In this document: positions 45,473 through 60,783 of the stretch, in pieces | How positions within the stretch are numbered: position 1 is the first letter of the stretch | Layout of the letters: every line of letters starts with the position of its first letter | Origin: Macrostomum lignano | Taxonomy: Eukaryota | DNA: 64,000 bases | Reading direction: 5' to 3' | Assembly (NCBI GenBank): GCA_002269645.1 | Contig: NIVC01003686.1 | Coordinates: 18,877-82,876, forward strand | The notes under the pieces: model-generated | The model's database searches: none | Seen by the model: only the letters and a program-made list of their open reading frames with translations | What the model was told of the DNA's origin: nothing | Translations under genes and position numbers: made by a program

Positions 45473-47107
45473 ATGCATACACTGAAAGCAGCGTTGGAAT
45501 CGACAACGGCTCACGGACTTCCCAGAACCGTCTCTGGAAAGCCGATTTATGTACGCGTCGGTTGGCTACTGCTTTACCTCGCTATGCTGGGCCTCTTTCT
45601 AAAAGGATTCTCCGACTTTATTATCAAACTGCAGGCTCAGCAGGTCACATCGACTTTGGAGGCTAACCAGGTAGAGTTTCAATTTCCAGATCTTTACGTC
45701 TGCCTCGAGAACCCAATATCGTCAAGTTACTCCAGCCAGATTGACAATAAAATGGTCAACTCAGCGCTTTCATCAGGACTCTATCACCTTTATGCAGATT
45801 ACATGGCTATGGGAAAGGACGATCTCACAGCAAGAAGCTATATAAAAAATCTCTCAGGGTTGCTGCCGCAGTCTGCTCCGTATACTTTCCTGGCAGACAA
45901 GCTTGGTCACAGAGCCGAGCAAACAGTCATTGAAAGCTACGCCATCTACAAACATGATTCTGGTTTACCTGGATATGAAGCCCTGCAGCCACAAGCCTAC
46001 TACGACCCAAACTTTCTTCGCTGCCAAAAGTGGAAACTGAGCAGTGACTTGCAGAAAAAAATCTCACGAGGTGGCTCCAACTCAGGACTAATTCTCACTC
46101 TGTTTGTTGACACGGGTTTCCCAGCAGTCAGAATCGACTCTGGCGTGTTCATCTTTGGTGCCCCGATTCCCCTGTCTGACTGGCCATTGTCGGAGCTCAG
46201 TTTGATCAGCACGGACAGGCGGTCTGGTGCTCGAGTGTTCCTCACCCAGCCAGGAGAAATTCCCTCAGACTTTGTGAAGTCATTCTCTTTGGATGCAGCC
46301 AAGTATCACACCGTTTTAATTGGGATGACGCAGCACGTGTACAAAGAAGGCCAGTTTGACGACTGTCTGAGCGAATCTGCAGATGTTCAGTTTGTGAATT
46401 TTTACGATCAAACGCCCAGCAATTATTCGTACAGCTATTCGTATTGCTACTACTATGAGTACCATAGGCAGTACCAGTCGATAATAAACTCGTCTGGTTT
46501 GCAGTCACCTCTGCCATGGCCGTTGAGAGGAAAGCCCTTCGCTTATAACTTTTCCGTTGTATCAATTGCTGACCTGATGAGACTTGAATCAAATGCTTCG
46601 ATAGTACAGCGGGTTAATAGGATTGAGGTGGAAGCACAAAAATTTTGCAAGACAAAGCGTCCATGCAGCCTGATGGACTACAGCATCAGCATCTCCAGTG
46701 CCGATTGGCCTACACAAAGCTCGGCTGAATCGTTTCTTCAAACTTCGGTGAAGCTGGCTCAGCTAAATGCTCAAGCTAAAAATCAGAGCGTCCCGGCTCT
46801 CGACTACCTATTGAACAACTATTCAACAAGCGACTTTGCCTCCTACGTTGGCAGTAATCTGTTGAAAGTGCACTTTAAACCGGAGCGCGTATTCTGCGAC
46901 AGAGTGACATTCTCCAAAGATTACAGGCTTTCCGACTTCATCTCGGACGTTGGCGGCATAATGGGCGTGTATCTGGGCATGTCCCTGCTGACCCTGTGCG
47001 AGCTGCTGGAACTTGTGCACGATGTCGCTTTCGGACGGAAAAGTCGGGTGACCAGTCTGCAAAACAATGACGATCTGTCAGCGGAAGTTAAGGCGACGGG
47101 TACTTGA
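45473..47107 (+). CDS. Intronless DEG/ENaC subunit B, 544 aa from the ATG at 45473
   Basis: Contains TTAHGLPR, TM1, FPDLYVC, GARVF, SADWPT, NLLKVHF and TM2 FISDVGGIMGVYLGMSLLTLCELLE. The ATG was chosen by alignment with paralog A. Confidence 0.92.
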   Translation: MHTLKAALESTTAHGLPRTVSGKPIYVRVGWLLLYLAMLGLFLKGFSDFIIKLQAQQVTSTLEANQVEFQFPDLYVCLENPISSSYSSQIDNKMVNSALSSGLYHLYADYMAMGKDDLTARSYIKNLSGLLPQSAPYTFLADKLGHRAEQTVIESYAIYKHDSGLPGYEALQPQAYYDPNFLRCQKWKLSSDLQKKISRGGSNSGLILTLFVDTGFPAVRIDSGVFIFGAPIPLSDWPLSELSLISTDRRSGARVFLTQPGEIPSDFVKSFSLDAAKYHTVLIGMTQHVYKEGQFDDCLSESADVQFVNFYDQTPSNYSYSYSYCYYYEYHRQYQSIINSSGLQSPLPWPLRGKPFAYNFSVVSIADLMRLESNASIVQRVNRIEVEAQKFCKTKRPCSLMDYSISISSADWPTQSSAESFLQTSVKLAQLNAQAKNQSVPALDYLLNNYSTSDFASYVGSNLLKVHFKPERVFCDRVTFSKDYRLSDFISDVGGIMGVYLGMSLLTLCELLELVHDVAFGRKSRVTSLQNNDDLSAEVKATGT

Positions 47108-48878
47108 TACTGGAAACTGAATCACCAATCAAAAACTGTTGGTCTTTTATTTTCTAAGCCTTATTTTACCATATCTGAGTTACTTTGTAATACGCTCACG
47201 TCTATAGCCAACACCTTTGATCAGTCAGTGTAGCAAGCTTTTTTAACAGGCCACACACAGCACGGTCATCTTCATTGACAGTGATTGATTGGTTATCAAA
47301 TATTATTTTTAATGTTTTCCATAGCAGTACTTAAGAAGAAGAAATCTGATGTTTTCTTTTGTTGTTGCAGAAAATTTGGATGGTATTTTTTCATTTTAAT
47401 TCTCTTTGTCGAAACAGCTATTTGATTTTATTCTCATGTCTCTGCAATTTTTCTGTAAGGAAGCAAAAATCTGCTGGACTCGATCTTTTTAACATCTAAT
47501 TTTCACAGTATCACGATTAATATTAACCTTTTATCATTTCAAGTTGTATCGACCCATGGCAATTTCTTTTGAAATATACTCCTTTTTTCTGTCGATAACG
47601 AAGAGCTAAACATTCGGTCTTCAGATAATCTAACGTTATATCGATTGCTCAAGATTGCGTAAGGCCGTCCAAGCATAGTCTCAGGCAGCTGTTCCTTTAT
47701 TTAGCTTCTATTTATCTGTAGATTTCATAGAGGCGCAACGTCTTTGTCAGAAGACGTTACCAAAGAAACGTCGATTCAATGCAAATTCCATCACAGACAG
47801 TACCTAGACGGCCTTTAAAATGCTCAGTCTTGAGAGTTTATTTCTAGCCTTACGACTTCTTTAATGATTCTGGTGTTTAATATCTAGCGGAATCTGATGG
47901 ATACTATTGAAAATAGACTACTTAACTTGATTTTTTTAAACAGTCCTTGTTCGATGGCCTCATAACAAAAACATGTACCAGTACCCGCAAATTAGATTCA
48001 AAAATATTTTCTTTGTTTAGTTCTAGGTTTCTGTTAAGAATTTTAGGAACAGAACAGAACAGAACTTTAGGTTTCTGTTAAACTCATGCCATCTAAATGT
48101 AGCAGGAGAAGCAGTTAATATCTTATAACTATAAACAACGTCGCGAATTTTACCAACCAAAAAGAGAACACGACGCCATTCGAGCTCACTGCAAACGACG
48201 GTTCAACCCAAGTCAGCATATGCAGGGGAGATTCAGAAGTTAGCGGTGGCTTCGTTTGCTTGCATCGGAGGCTCATTCTGCAATGCATTCAGCTTGTCTC
48301 GGCGTTACGGGCAGCGGCATCGTTTAATTCGTGCAGCCTAGTGGAGATAACTGGCCACGAATCGGGTATTGAGACCGATAGGTGAAAAAAGTGCGGGGTT
48401 TAGTGTAATTGAATCAAAGGAGTAACTAGTTTCTAATGATCCATGTCGGATAATTGAAGATTCTAGGTACGTTTAGGAACTAGATTGAGTACAATGGCTG
48501 AGTGAAGTTAATGGGTTATGGGATTTCGGCCATTGGGTGGCTGACCTTTGTATGTGAATTATGAAAACGACCTGGGTAGAAAAATTCCCGGATGAATTCA
48601 TAAAGCAAATATCGTAAATTGGCGTTGCAGGTATAGTTATGTTGATTAATGGACTATATTGCAATACATAGCCGTTTCGTGTTTACACAGTTCTCTAGTC
48701 TCTCCATTAATTATCCGAAAATTAGAGATGAGCACTTTGATGACAGCCAAATTAGATAGTGTATGCTCTGGGCCATTGCTTGCCGTGACAACAAAGCAGA
48801 TAAAAAAGAATCCGTTGAAAGAAAATGCTCCCTGCAAATCCAATGCAACTGGTCCTTGCGAAAACAAATACAGACGTC

Positions 48879-49874
48879 ATGCAGCAGCTTATCGACCACT
48901 ACGCACGTTATGCCAAGAGTCGTTAGCGACAAGCCAGTCTATGTCCGAATCATGTGGCTATTGATCTACCTGAGTACGTTGGCCCTTTTCATGAAAGGCT
49001 TGGCAACAGGGTGTTTGAGTCTATCTGACGCCACCCGGTAAGTACCCAACTCATTTTGTGACGTCATTCTCGCTTTACACTGGACAGCACCACGCCGTTG
49101 AGATTCGAATGCGCGGCAAAGTTACCAACCAGGCTAGTTTGACTGTCTGAGTGAACTCCCAGAAGTGCAGTTTTTGAACCCGTATGATCATAATCCATAC
49201 AATTATACGTAGAGTTATTCATATTGTTACTACTACGAGTATCACTGTGAGTTTCTGAAGCTATTCAACTTCTCGGGACAACTGAGTCCATTTCCGTGGC
49301 CGCTGAGAGGCAAGAACTTTATATTGAATACTTCCATCATAGATTGGATTGGATATTTGATAGTAAAAGTACAATGTGAAAAATGTCTTCAATATATAAA
49401 ACACTAACTGATCACTGCAATTCGAAGTGACCTTGTAAAACCCTCGACTACACAGCGTGTGTCTCCAGCGTTGATTGGCCCACCGAGAGCTCGATGACTT
49501 CCTTCATCAATGACGTCATTCCAGCTGTTAAAGTGCAAGCTCGGACAAAGGGTCAAGTGGCGCCTGTAATAGATTTTTTGTTTGCTGAAAATAAATCAAC
49601 TGTAACCTCCTATGTGAGCAAAAACCTGCTGAAAGTTCACCTGAAACCAGCTTGTACGCTTTGTTTTGGTGCGTCGTTCTCGAGGGACTACGGACTATCA
49701 TATTTTCTGTCGGATATTGGCGGCATCATGGGAATCTAGTTGGGCATGTCGTTGATGACAGTGTGCGAACTGTTCGAACAGATATTTGATCTGCTCTATT
49801 TCAATAAGCGGACGATTTCTACGACACCTTCTGTGCCTGATTTTTCATCTGAGCGGAATTCTTCCGCAGGCTGA
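48879..49874 (+). pseudogene. DEG/ENaC pseudogene with internal deletions and stops
   Basis: Contains PRVVSDKPVYVRIMWLLIYL, NYT*SYSYCYYYEYH, PWPLRGK, DWPT, NLLKVHL and SDIGGIMGI*LGMSLMTVCEL. It spans about 1 kb versus 1.65 kb for the intact genes. Confidence 0.88.
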
Positions 49875-50215
49875 CACTTTTAAAGTTCTTATTAAAGATT
49901 TTTTAAATAAAATTCTTCGTTACACTGCATAAAAATATACTAATAAAATAATAGGGATCCAAAGAAGATAACTATTTACCTGCTTAAAGCTATTAACATC
50001 ATACAAATCTTTCTGCTTTGAAGTTAAACAAACTGTCCAGATGACAAAAAAACACATTTGGCTTGGATGGTAAGTTAGTAGGATCAATCAAGTAATATTG
50101 GGACAATGCAAAAGTCACTCTTTTATGCTACTGAATTCTAAAGCTAGTAAGCGCCTTCATAGATGACGATTTATTGAACAAATAAGATCGTTTTTAATGT
50201 TTCATTGTCGTTTGG

Positions 50216-50437
50216 AAAGGGGATGTCAACTTAAGCACCAGAATGGAGCCCGAAGTTCAGCTCCGGACCAAACCGACTGCAATCGATAACTTGTCGGCCC
50301 GGACGACCAGGTCAGGGCCTGGGATGGGATGTCTCGGCGATTCTAGTCGTCTGGGCCGACAAGTTATCGATTGCAGTCTGTTTGGTCCGGAGCTGAACTT
50401 CAGGTTCCATTCTGGTGCTTAAGTTGACATCCCCTTT
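50216..50437. repeat. Long inverted repeat / foldback (arms about 92 bp, about 4 mismatches); probable MITE or hairpin RNA locus
   Basis: AAAGGGGATGTCAACTTAAGCACCAGAATGG... is the reverse complement of ...CCATTCTGGTGCTTAAGTTGACATCCCCTTT. Confidence 0.9.
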
Positions 50438-52051
50438 ATTTTTTGTTCTGTTGTAAAAAATATCTCACAGAGAAAATACATCGGGTGATATATACCCCTC
50501 AGGAACACTGGAGACATACTTTAATAAGCCAGTCCTAAAAATCGGGTACAATTTCGAAAAAAAACAACTTGGCAAGATAAACAAAAACCTAGACAGAATT
50601 TTTCATGATTTCGGAATCACATAATCGATTTTGACAATTTTGGTCTTGTTGTAAAGCAGAATAAATTATTGTACTAAAGACTAGCTGGGCACGTTTGATA
50701 AAGAGTCTTCCTGACAAAGAGTTGTCTGATCGTGTACCTTTCACTCTAACCCCCTAATTTACTCTTGGCGCCTACTTTCTGATCATATTTTTGCTTTGAA
50801 CTTTTATAAATCTGTTTTTGCACTTATTGATTCCGCGGTATAGCACTGCTAATCTTAATCTCAACATTGGCACATTTTCTTGACACCTAAATCTGACACC
50901 ATATGGGAAGTGTGTTAATCCCAGCACGCGTTCGGGGTTCCACTTGGTAATAAAACATTTCCCCACAGAAACCTTACAGAGCTGATCTTTTCTATAAATA
51001 GAACTCCAGCACAATCAATGTGCGTGCTTCCCGTAGTGCTGACGTTAATGCGGGGACAACTGTTTAGCTTGGCGTCACAATAACATGAAAGATTTTTTAT
51101 TTATTGCTGACTAAGGACATTTCAGTAGACCAACTAACGTACTATATTAAAGCAAATTTAATACAAGGTTTGTCTAGTAAATTGCTCAAAAGTAAATATA
51201 TTTTTCCATGTTTCCGAAAGATATTTTAGGTTTTTTTTGAATAACTAAATGCTAGTTAGCTTCTAAGTTTACTACACCATTACTAGCACCCAGACAATAT
51301 ATTATTGAGTTGTCTTAGCTGCAAGTAACACTATTGCCAATGAATTTGCATGCAGCTAGCAGTCTGATTTCAGAAAAGCCTGGCACAACGCTGACCACTG
51401 TGCTCGGATATGAAAGGTGCGGGGAAGCCTTTTGAATTTAAGTCAATAATAACTCAGCAGTGAGTGCAAGTTGCTGGGGGGAATGATTTTGAGACTGAAA
51501 TACTCTCTCACCGCCAACAGCAGACTTTTACGGCCCCTGCCCAGCCAGAGAAAGGAGGCGAGTTGCCAAGGGGCGCTGAGTGTGCGCAGAGTTCAACCCC
51601 CAAGCCTCTTCCCCTAATCTGGCCAGTTGACCGAACCTTCCGATTAAGAGCCGATGCGATTTCGGTTTATTCTCAGTTTGGCAGTCCTTCAACGCCTCCC
51701 CCCCCCCGCGGCCAGGGACAACTCTTAGCACAGAGTGCACTCCCAGGACCCCGTCGCTCTCTGCCGATTTGCTTCCCTGTTCTCTTAGGATTTGCTAGCA
51801 AAAACGATTCTACCCACCCTCCACCACTGCATTGTGAGCGCTCGAAACCAGAGCGTATCCAGTTGTTAAGTAAAAAATCGGAGAAAGCGAGTGCAGAAAA
51901 AGAATTTTGTTGGCTGCTCCAATAAAAACTGCACAGCGATTTCACCCAGAAAGGACGGGATTCCGTAAGTATAGTTTGACCGCGTTTCATAGCTTGCTGC
52001 AAAGGGTTGAGATTAAAAACCGCCAGTGGAGCCCATTTGGACGGCCCAGAA

Positions 52052-52870
52052 ATGGGTGTAATTATGAAGCAGCTGTGGATTAGCAGCGACAGCAGAAAGC
52101 TCGTGTCCCACAAGCTGCAGAGACGCCTAGTGATCATCTCTGTAATCCTCGGCGTCTCAGTTTTCATCTTGTTCCTCGGCGGCTTGATGTGGGCTCTGAT
52201 TGCCGCGAATCGTGATCCGTCTGTAAATATTTCCTCTCTGAAGTACATCTCGTATGCGTTCTTCGGCATCGGCGGCGTCGGCATAATCGCATTCTGCTTC
52301 ATGTGGCTCGTGTTTGTTCGCGACGCAAAATTTGAGATACACCAGCAAGAGTTGCGACATGCGCCGAATTTGTTTCGCTTCCCGCCTCCGGACGTAGAGG
52401 AAGAGACGCGTTCGGATTTCGCTGTGACGGGTCAGGAGGAGAGCACCCAGATGACTGACCTGCATGGCAGTAGACCGGACGTGGTTGTGGCAGTCGCTGT
52501 GGAAGTGGACGCAGCTCGCGAGCGACCAGGCGTGGTGTCTTCCGATGGAACGCGTCATCCGAGCGAGTCGTCCTTGACAACAGGCGTATACGACCCAGCC
52601 AGTCCGTCTGGCGGCCTGTCCTCGACGTCATCGGAGCGACCCTTGACGGCGGTGCTACCTAGTCGGTACAATCGAGCCGGCCGACTGCCCAGCGATATGC
52701 CTCGGCCCAGAGCGGTAAGCAATTCGGATTCAATCAATGGAGCGGCGCTGCCTGCAAGTTCTGGCTCCGCGCTATCGCCAGCGGTGGTTATTCTGGAGCC
52801 GTCAGCACTGAGATACTCGCGGCCCAGCTCTGTCACGACAAGCAGTAGCAAAGAACGTTTTATTGTCTGA
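52052..52870 (+). CDS. Hypothetical intronless membrane protein, 272 aa, with two N-terminal TM helices and an S/P/R-rich tail
   Basis: GC-rich open frame in AT-rich surroundings. Hydrophobic segments LVIISVILGVSVFILFLGGLMWALIA and YISYAFFGIGGVGIIAFCFMWLVFV. The family was not recognised. Confidence 0.65.
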   Translation: MGVIMKQLWISSDSRKLVSHKLQRRLVIISVILGVSVFILFLGGLMWALIAANRDPSVNISSLKYISYAFFGIGGVGIIAFCFMWLVFVRDAKFEIHQQELRHAPNLFRFPPPDVEEETRSDFAVTGQEESTQMTDLHGSRPDVVVAVAVEVDAARERPGVVSSDGTRHPSESSLTTGVYDPASPSGGLSSTSSERPLTAVLPSRYNRAGRLPSDMPRPRAVSNSDSINGAALPASSGSALSPAVVILEPSALRYSRPSSVTTSSSKERFIV

Positions 52871-55229
52871 TGACTTTTTTAGGATAAATACTTCCAATTG
52901 AAATTCATTTTCTATGTCGATGCATAGAAGAAAAGATCCCTATTATTTTCTGAACGTCTGACCAAAGGTTAAATTTCAATATAGCCTCTTGGACTTACGT
53001 CAGGTTAGGGATCTCTTTATAGCTGGAACGAAAAAAGTCTAAGTTCTTACCATCGTGCAAAAGTCCATCAGATACAGAGCAAGTATATCAATCTTGCTGG
53101 TTGCTGAATTTAAAAAAAATATGAACTGCTGGGTTGGGTTTGATTGGTCGTTGATACAGAATTTTAATGTCATATTGTACTTGACTATGATGATTATAAT
53201 ATATATATAATCATCATAGGTCTGCAGACTATTTTTCTACCGTGTGCACACTGCCAATCTTCTTTGTTAAACTCATTTTATACTTTTCGTTTCACATCTT
53301 TTCATGTTTTATTCACCTCCTGCGCCTTAAAAACCGAAACTCTTTCATTGTCCGAAGTGATTCAAGCATTCGTTTTCGCCCTGACTAACTTACTGGTAGC
53401 TAGCTACGTATAATTTTATAATTTATACCCTCGAAAAAACAACTAAACCCATTTTAGACAGTTCTTTCGACAATGCTTAACACTGAAAGGACAAAAGGAC
53501 GATGTTCTGAAAAAATTTACTCGTCAAACAATTCTACAAAAAATGTGTCCAAAGTTATTAAAAGTTAAAATTTAAACTAATTTTCTGTTTAAAATAGCAG
53601 TAGAGTTTACCAAGATTGTCGAAAAAAGACAAAATGTTATAAATTAATGCGATTCTGCGATTCATGCTTATGTAGTGTCAAATTTGAAAAATCCGTTGTG
53701 AGAAATATTCTAATCAAGGCTGCAATTTATGTTTTATTTGTAATTGTACTACGAGTAAACCTTTCGGCATTGCTTTTGTTTAAAAAATCGACTATGTAAG
53801 TTAATTTCAAACGATTTACGATTGGTGTTGAGTTCTAGTTCGTAAATACGCTCCTAGTTTAGATGCGTAAAAAACTGGCGTGCACTCCGATAGCTACTGC
53901 ACTTCTTAAGGAAACTCATAACAATTGCTTCCATCCATTGTTTCTTAAGGTATCGCGACTTGTAGACCATTGGAATATATGTTCTATTGCTGCAATAACT
54001 CTTTTTATATCCAGTGCATCTAGCGTACATATACAATTGTACAAATTGCTCACAGCTTTCTGTAGGGAGTCAAAAGTCGTAGAAAGCATTGCGTTTAAAT
54101 GAAACATATTTCTTAATTAAAATTCTCGCAATATGTTTAGTGAATAATGCAAAAGAAAGTTATACTAGAGGTGAATCATTCATCTAAATAGTATATAAAT
54201 TTGTTTGTGAGCTCAGTTTTTTCTGTTCTGTTGGAGTACAAATACTGAAAACAAGCTATATATTGCCAGACAGTTAGCATGGGAGTTACCCTGGACGGCT
54301 TAGTTATTAGGGCTTAAAGCTACTCTGAGGAAATGCAATAGCGCCAAGTGCTGCATATAGTCCCGGGGGTGAGCTAGTTTAAACTGACTTTGAGACAGTA
54401 CTCCAGGGTTTAGGATTTGCTAAACAAACATTACTGTGTGGCTAGACATTTTTTCTCATATGAGGGAAGAGGAACTACGAGTATATATAGCTAGCTATAG
54501 TGAAATCAATGGCATTACCATATAGAAGCCATTGCAATAATTTCGTTAATGGGAAATTACTAATCAAGCCTATAAAAAAATCGATCATTATTTGATTGAC
54601 TGACGTTCGATTTGTGAGAATAGTTAAGTAAGCTGGTGGATTTTCTGTCTTACATGTACATGCAGTTGCAACGGTTAGTGGATAGTATAAGTACATTCTT
54701 TATTCGAATATGCCAACGTTTATCCGTAAGGGCGTGTCCTAGAGGTAGAACTACAAGTACAAAATTGTTGTACAGCTTGAATAGAAAAGCACACACACAG
54801 TTTGGACCCTGGAACGGCTACAGAGAGAAAGCATTGTTCTATATAGTATTGATACGAACTGGCACACTTAGTATTGACTCAGCCAGAGCTTCTGCGTTAG
54901 ATATAGCGCAATGGGAAAATAGACAGCTGGTCAATACAGTCACCTTTTTAGCTACTGTAGACAGTAAGGAAATTTCCCTCAGCCAGAAAGCATGAGTTAT
55001 GAGTTTTTAGAATGCATAAGACTGACAAACAGAGCTACTGAAAGTGGCGAAGAAAGGACACAATGAACTTCATTCAATCTGAGTATTGCTCAAGCTTAAG
55101 TTGTTTAGTGTCAACACATTTAAAATTTAGTCTTATGGCTACTGTGGTAGGTACGAGTGGATTCAGTACGATGGAATATGGACACTCATTTGAGGGAATG
55201 AGTTGAGGGAATGAGTTGAGGGAATGATT

Positions 55230-56785
55230 GGAAGAATCAAGATGGAGTGGGAAGAATCAGGATGGAGTGGGAAGAATCAGGATGGGATGGAAAGAATCAG
55301 GATGGGTGGGAAGAATCAGGATGGGGTGGGAAGAGTCAGGATGGGATGGGAAGAGTCAGGATGGGATGGAAGAATCAGGATGGGATGGAAAGAGTCAGGA
55401 TGGATGGGAAGAATCAGGATGGAGTGGGAAGAGTCAGGATGGGTCGGGAAGAGTCAGGATGGGATGGGAAGAATCAGGATGGGTGGTAAGAGTCAGGATG
55501 GGAAGAGTCAGGATGGGATGGGAAGAATCAGGATGGGGGGGAAGAATCAGGATGGGATGGGAAGAATCAGGATGGGGTGGGAAGAATCAGGATGGGATGG
55601 GAAGAGTCAGGATGGGATGGGAAGAGTCAGGATGGGATGGGAAGAGTCAGGATGGGATGGGAAGAGTCAGGATGGGATGGGAAGAGTCAGGATGGGATGG
55701 GAAGAATCAGGATGGGATGGGAAGAGTCAGGATGGGATGGGAAGAATCAGGATGGGATGGGAAGAATCAGGATGGGGTGGGAAGAGTCAGGATGGGATGG
55801 GAAGAATCAGGATGGGGTGGGAAGAGTCAGGATGGGGTGGGAAGAATCAGGATGGGATGGGAAGAATCAGGATGGGGTGGGAAGAGTCAGGATGGGATGG
55901 GAAGAATCAGGATGGGATGGGAAGAGTCAGGATGGGATGGAAGAATCAGGATGGGATGGGAAGAATCAGGATGGGATGGGAAGAATCAGGATGGGATGGG
56001 AAGAATCAGGATGGGATGGGAAGAGTCAGGATGGGATGGAAGAATCAGGATGGGATGGGAAGAGTCAGGATGGGGTGGTAAGAGTCAGGATGGGATGGGA
56101 AGAATCAGGATGGGATGAGAAGAGTCAGGATGGGGTGGGAAGAGAAGAGTCAGGATGGGGTGGGAAGAGTCAGGATGGGATGGGAAGAGTCAGGATGGGA
56201 TGAGAAGAAGATGGGATGGGAAGAGTCAGGATGGGGTGGGAAGAGTCAGGATGGGATGGGAAGAGTCAGGATGGGATGAGAAGAATCAGGATGGGGTGAG
56301 AAGAAGAGTCAGGATGGGGTGAGAAGAGTCAGGATGGGTGGGAAGAATCAGGATGGGATGGGAAGAGTCAGGATGGGGTGGTAAGAGTCAGGATGGGGTG
56401 GGAAGAGTCAGGATGGGTGGGAAGAATCAGGATGGGATGGGAAGAGTCAGGATGGGGTGGTAAGAGTCAGGATGGGGTGGTAAGAGTCAGGATGGGGTGG
56501 TAAGAGTCAGGATGGGTGGGAAGAGTCAGGATGGGATGGGAAGAGTCAGGATGGGGTGGTAAGAGTCAGGATGGGGTGGTAAGAGTCAGGATGGGATGGG
56601 AAGAATCAGGATGGGATGGGAAGAGTCAGGATGGGGTGGTAAGAGTCAGGATGGGATGGGAAGACTCAGGATGGGATGGGAAGAAGGATGGGATGGGAAG
56701 AAGGATGGGGTGGGAAGGATGGGTGGGAAGAGGATGGGGTGGGGTGGGAAGAATCAGGATGGGGTGGGAAGAATCAGGATGGGGT
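55230..56785. repeat. 20-bp purine-rich minisatellite (GGGAAGARTCAGGATGGGAT)
   Basis: Period 20 is visible. Confidence 0.97.
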
Positions 56786-57669
56786 AGGATCCAATATGTA
56801 TATATATAGCCATATTTATATATAGGTAAATCTAATATTCCAATGTACGTGTCCATATTCCAAAGTACTCAATCTACTAATACCTGCCACAATAGCGATA
56901 GAACTAATTTTAAATGTTTAAATATGTATATTCAATATATTCATGCTTTCTGTATATACATATATATTATGCTTTGTGGCCATGAGTACTTTTGAATGCT
57001 TAATTTCCAAGTGCCAGCAGATCTAAATGCATACCTATGGTACTCAAACGAAATCAACCAATAACGTTGAAGTATGAAAGCAACTAAAAGAAGGACCACT
57101 GGTGAATTGCATTGCTTTTTGTAAACATGTTGCACGCACACGATCATATTGGGCATCAAAGTTACTGTGGTAGACTTTCTGAGTAAATCGTTTATTAACT
57201 ACCATTTTATGCACAGAAAATCCGGGATGTTTTTACACAGAGTTCAATTTTTGAGAGACAACTGCGCGCGCATGTGCCAGCTGAGTGCCAGCCGAAACAG
57301 AAAAAAAACCTGTCTAATATTGTAGCTGATTGAAGCAGAAACGCGGTAGTTTAGGGACTGTACAGAAGCAATACCATAATTCATAATTTAGAACGATTCA
57401 TTAGTCTGGTTCGCGTGTGACATGTAAGCACAATATGCTATTATCAGGCTTTAGTCCGACTGGGACTGGATAGTAACCAACTCGAAGTGATAAAATGGAT
57501 AATCGTTAAGGTTAAGCGTGTACAGTGGAACATAAATCAATAGTTGTTCATTATTGCCGATAACTTCCTGTAACGATTCAATCTAACAAAGACATTCCGT
57601 ATAGTTTGAAGCCATCATAATTTCATTGCAAGAAAATAAACTGTTTGCTTTCCGCTACAGGCTGCTTTT

Positions 57670-60783
<3,114 letters not shown>

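Noticed and set aside
51965-51992. GTAAGT...CATAG mini-intron upstream of the 2-TM ORF
   Set aside because: At 28 nt it is too short to be credible without transcript data.
55224-56809. ORFs of 200-300 aa (MGWEESGW repeats)
   Set aside because: These are translations of the 20-bp minisatellite.
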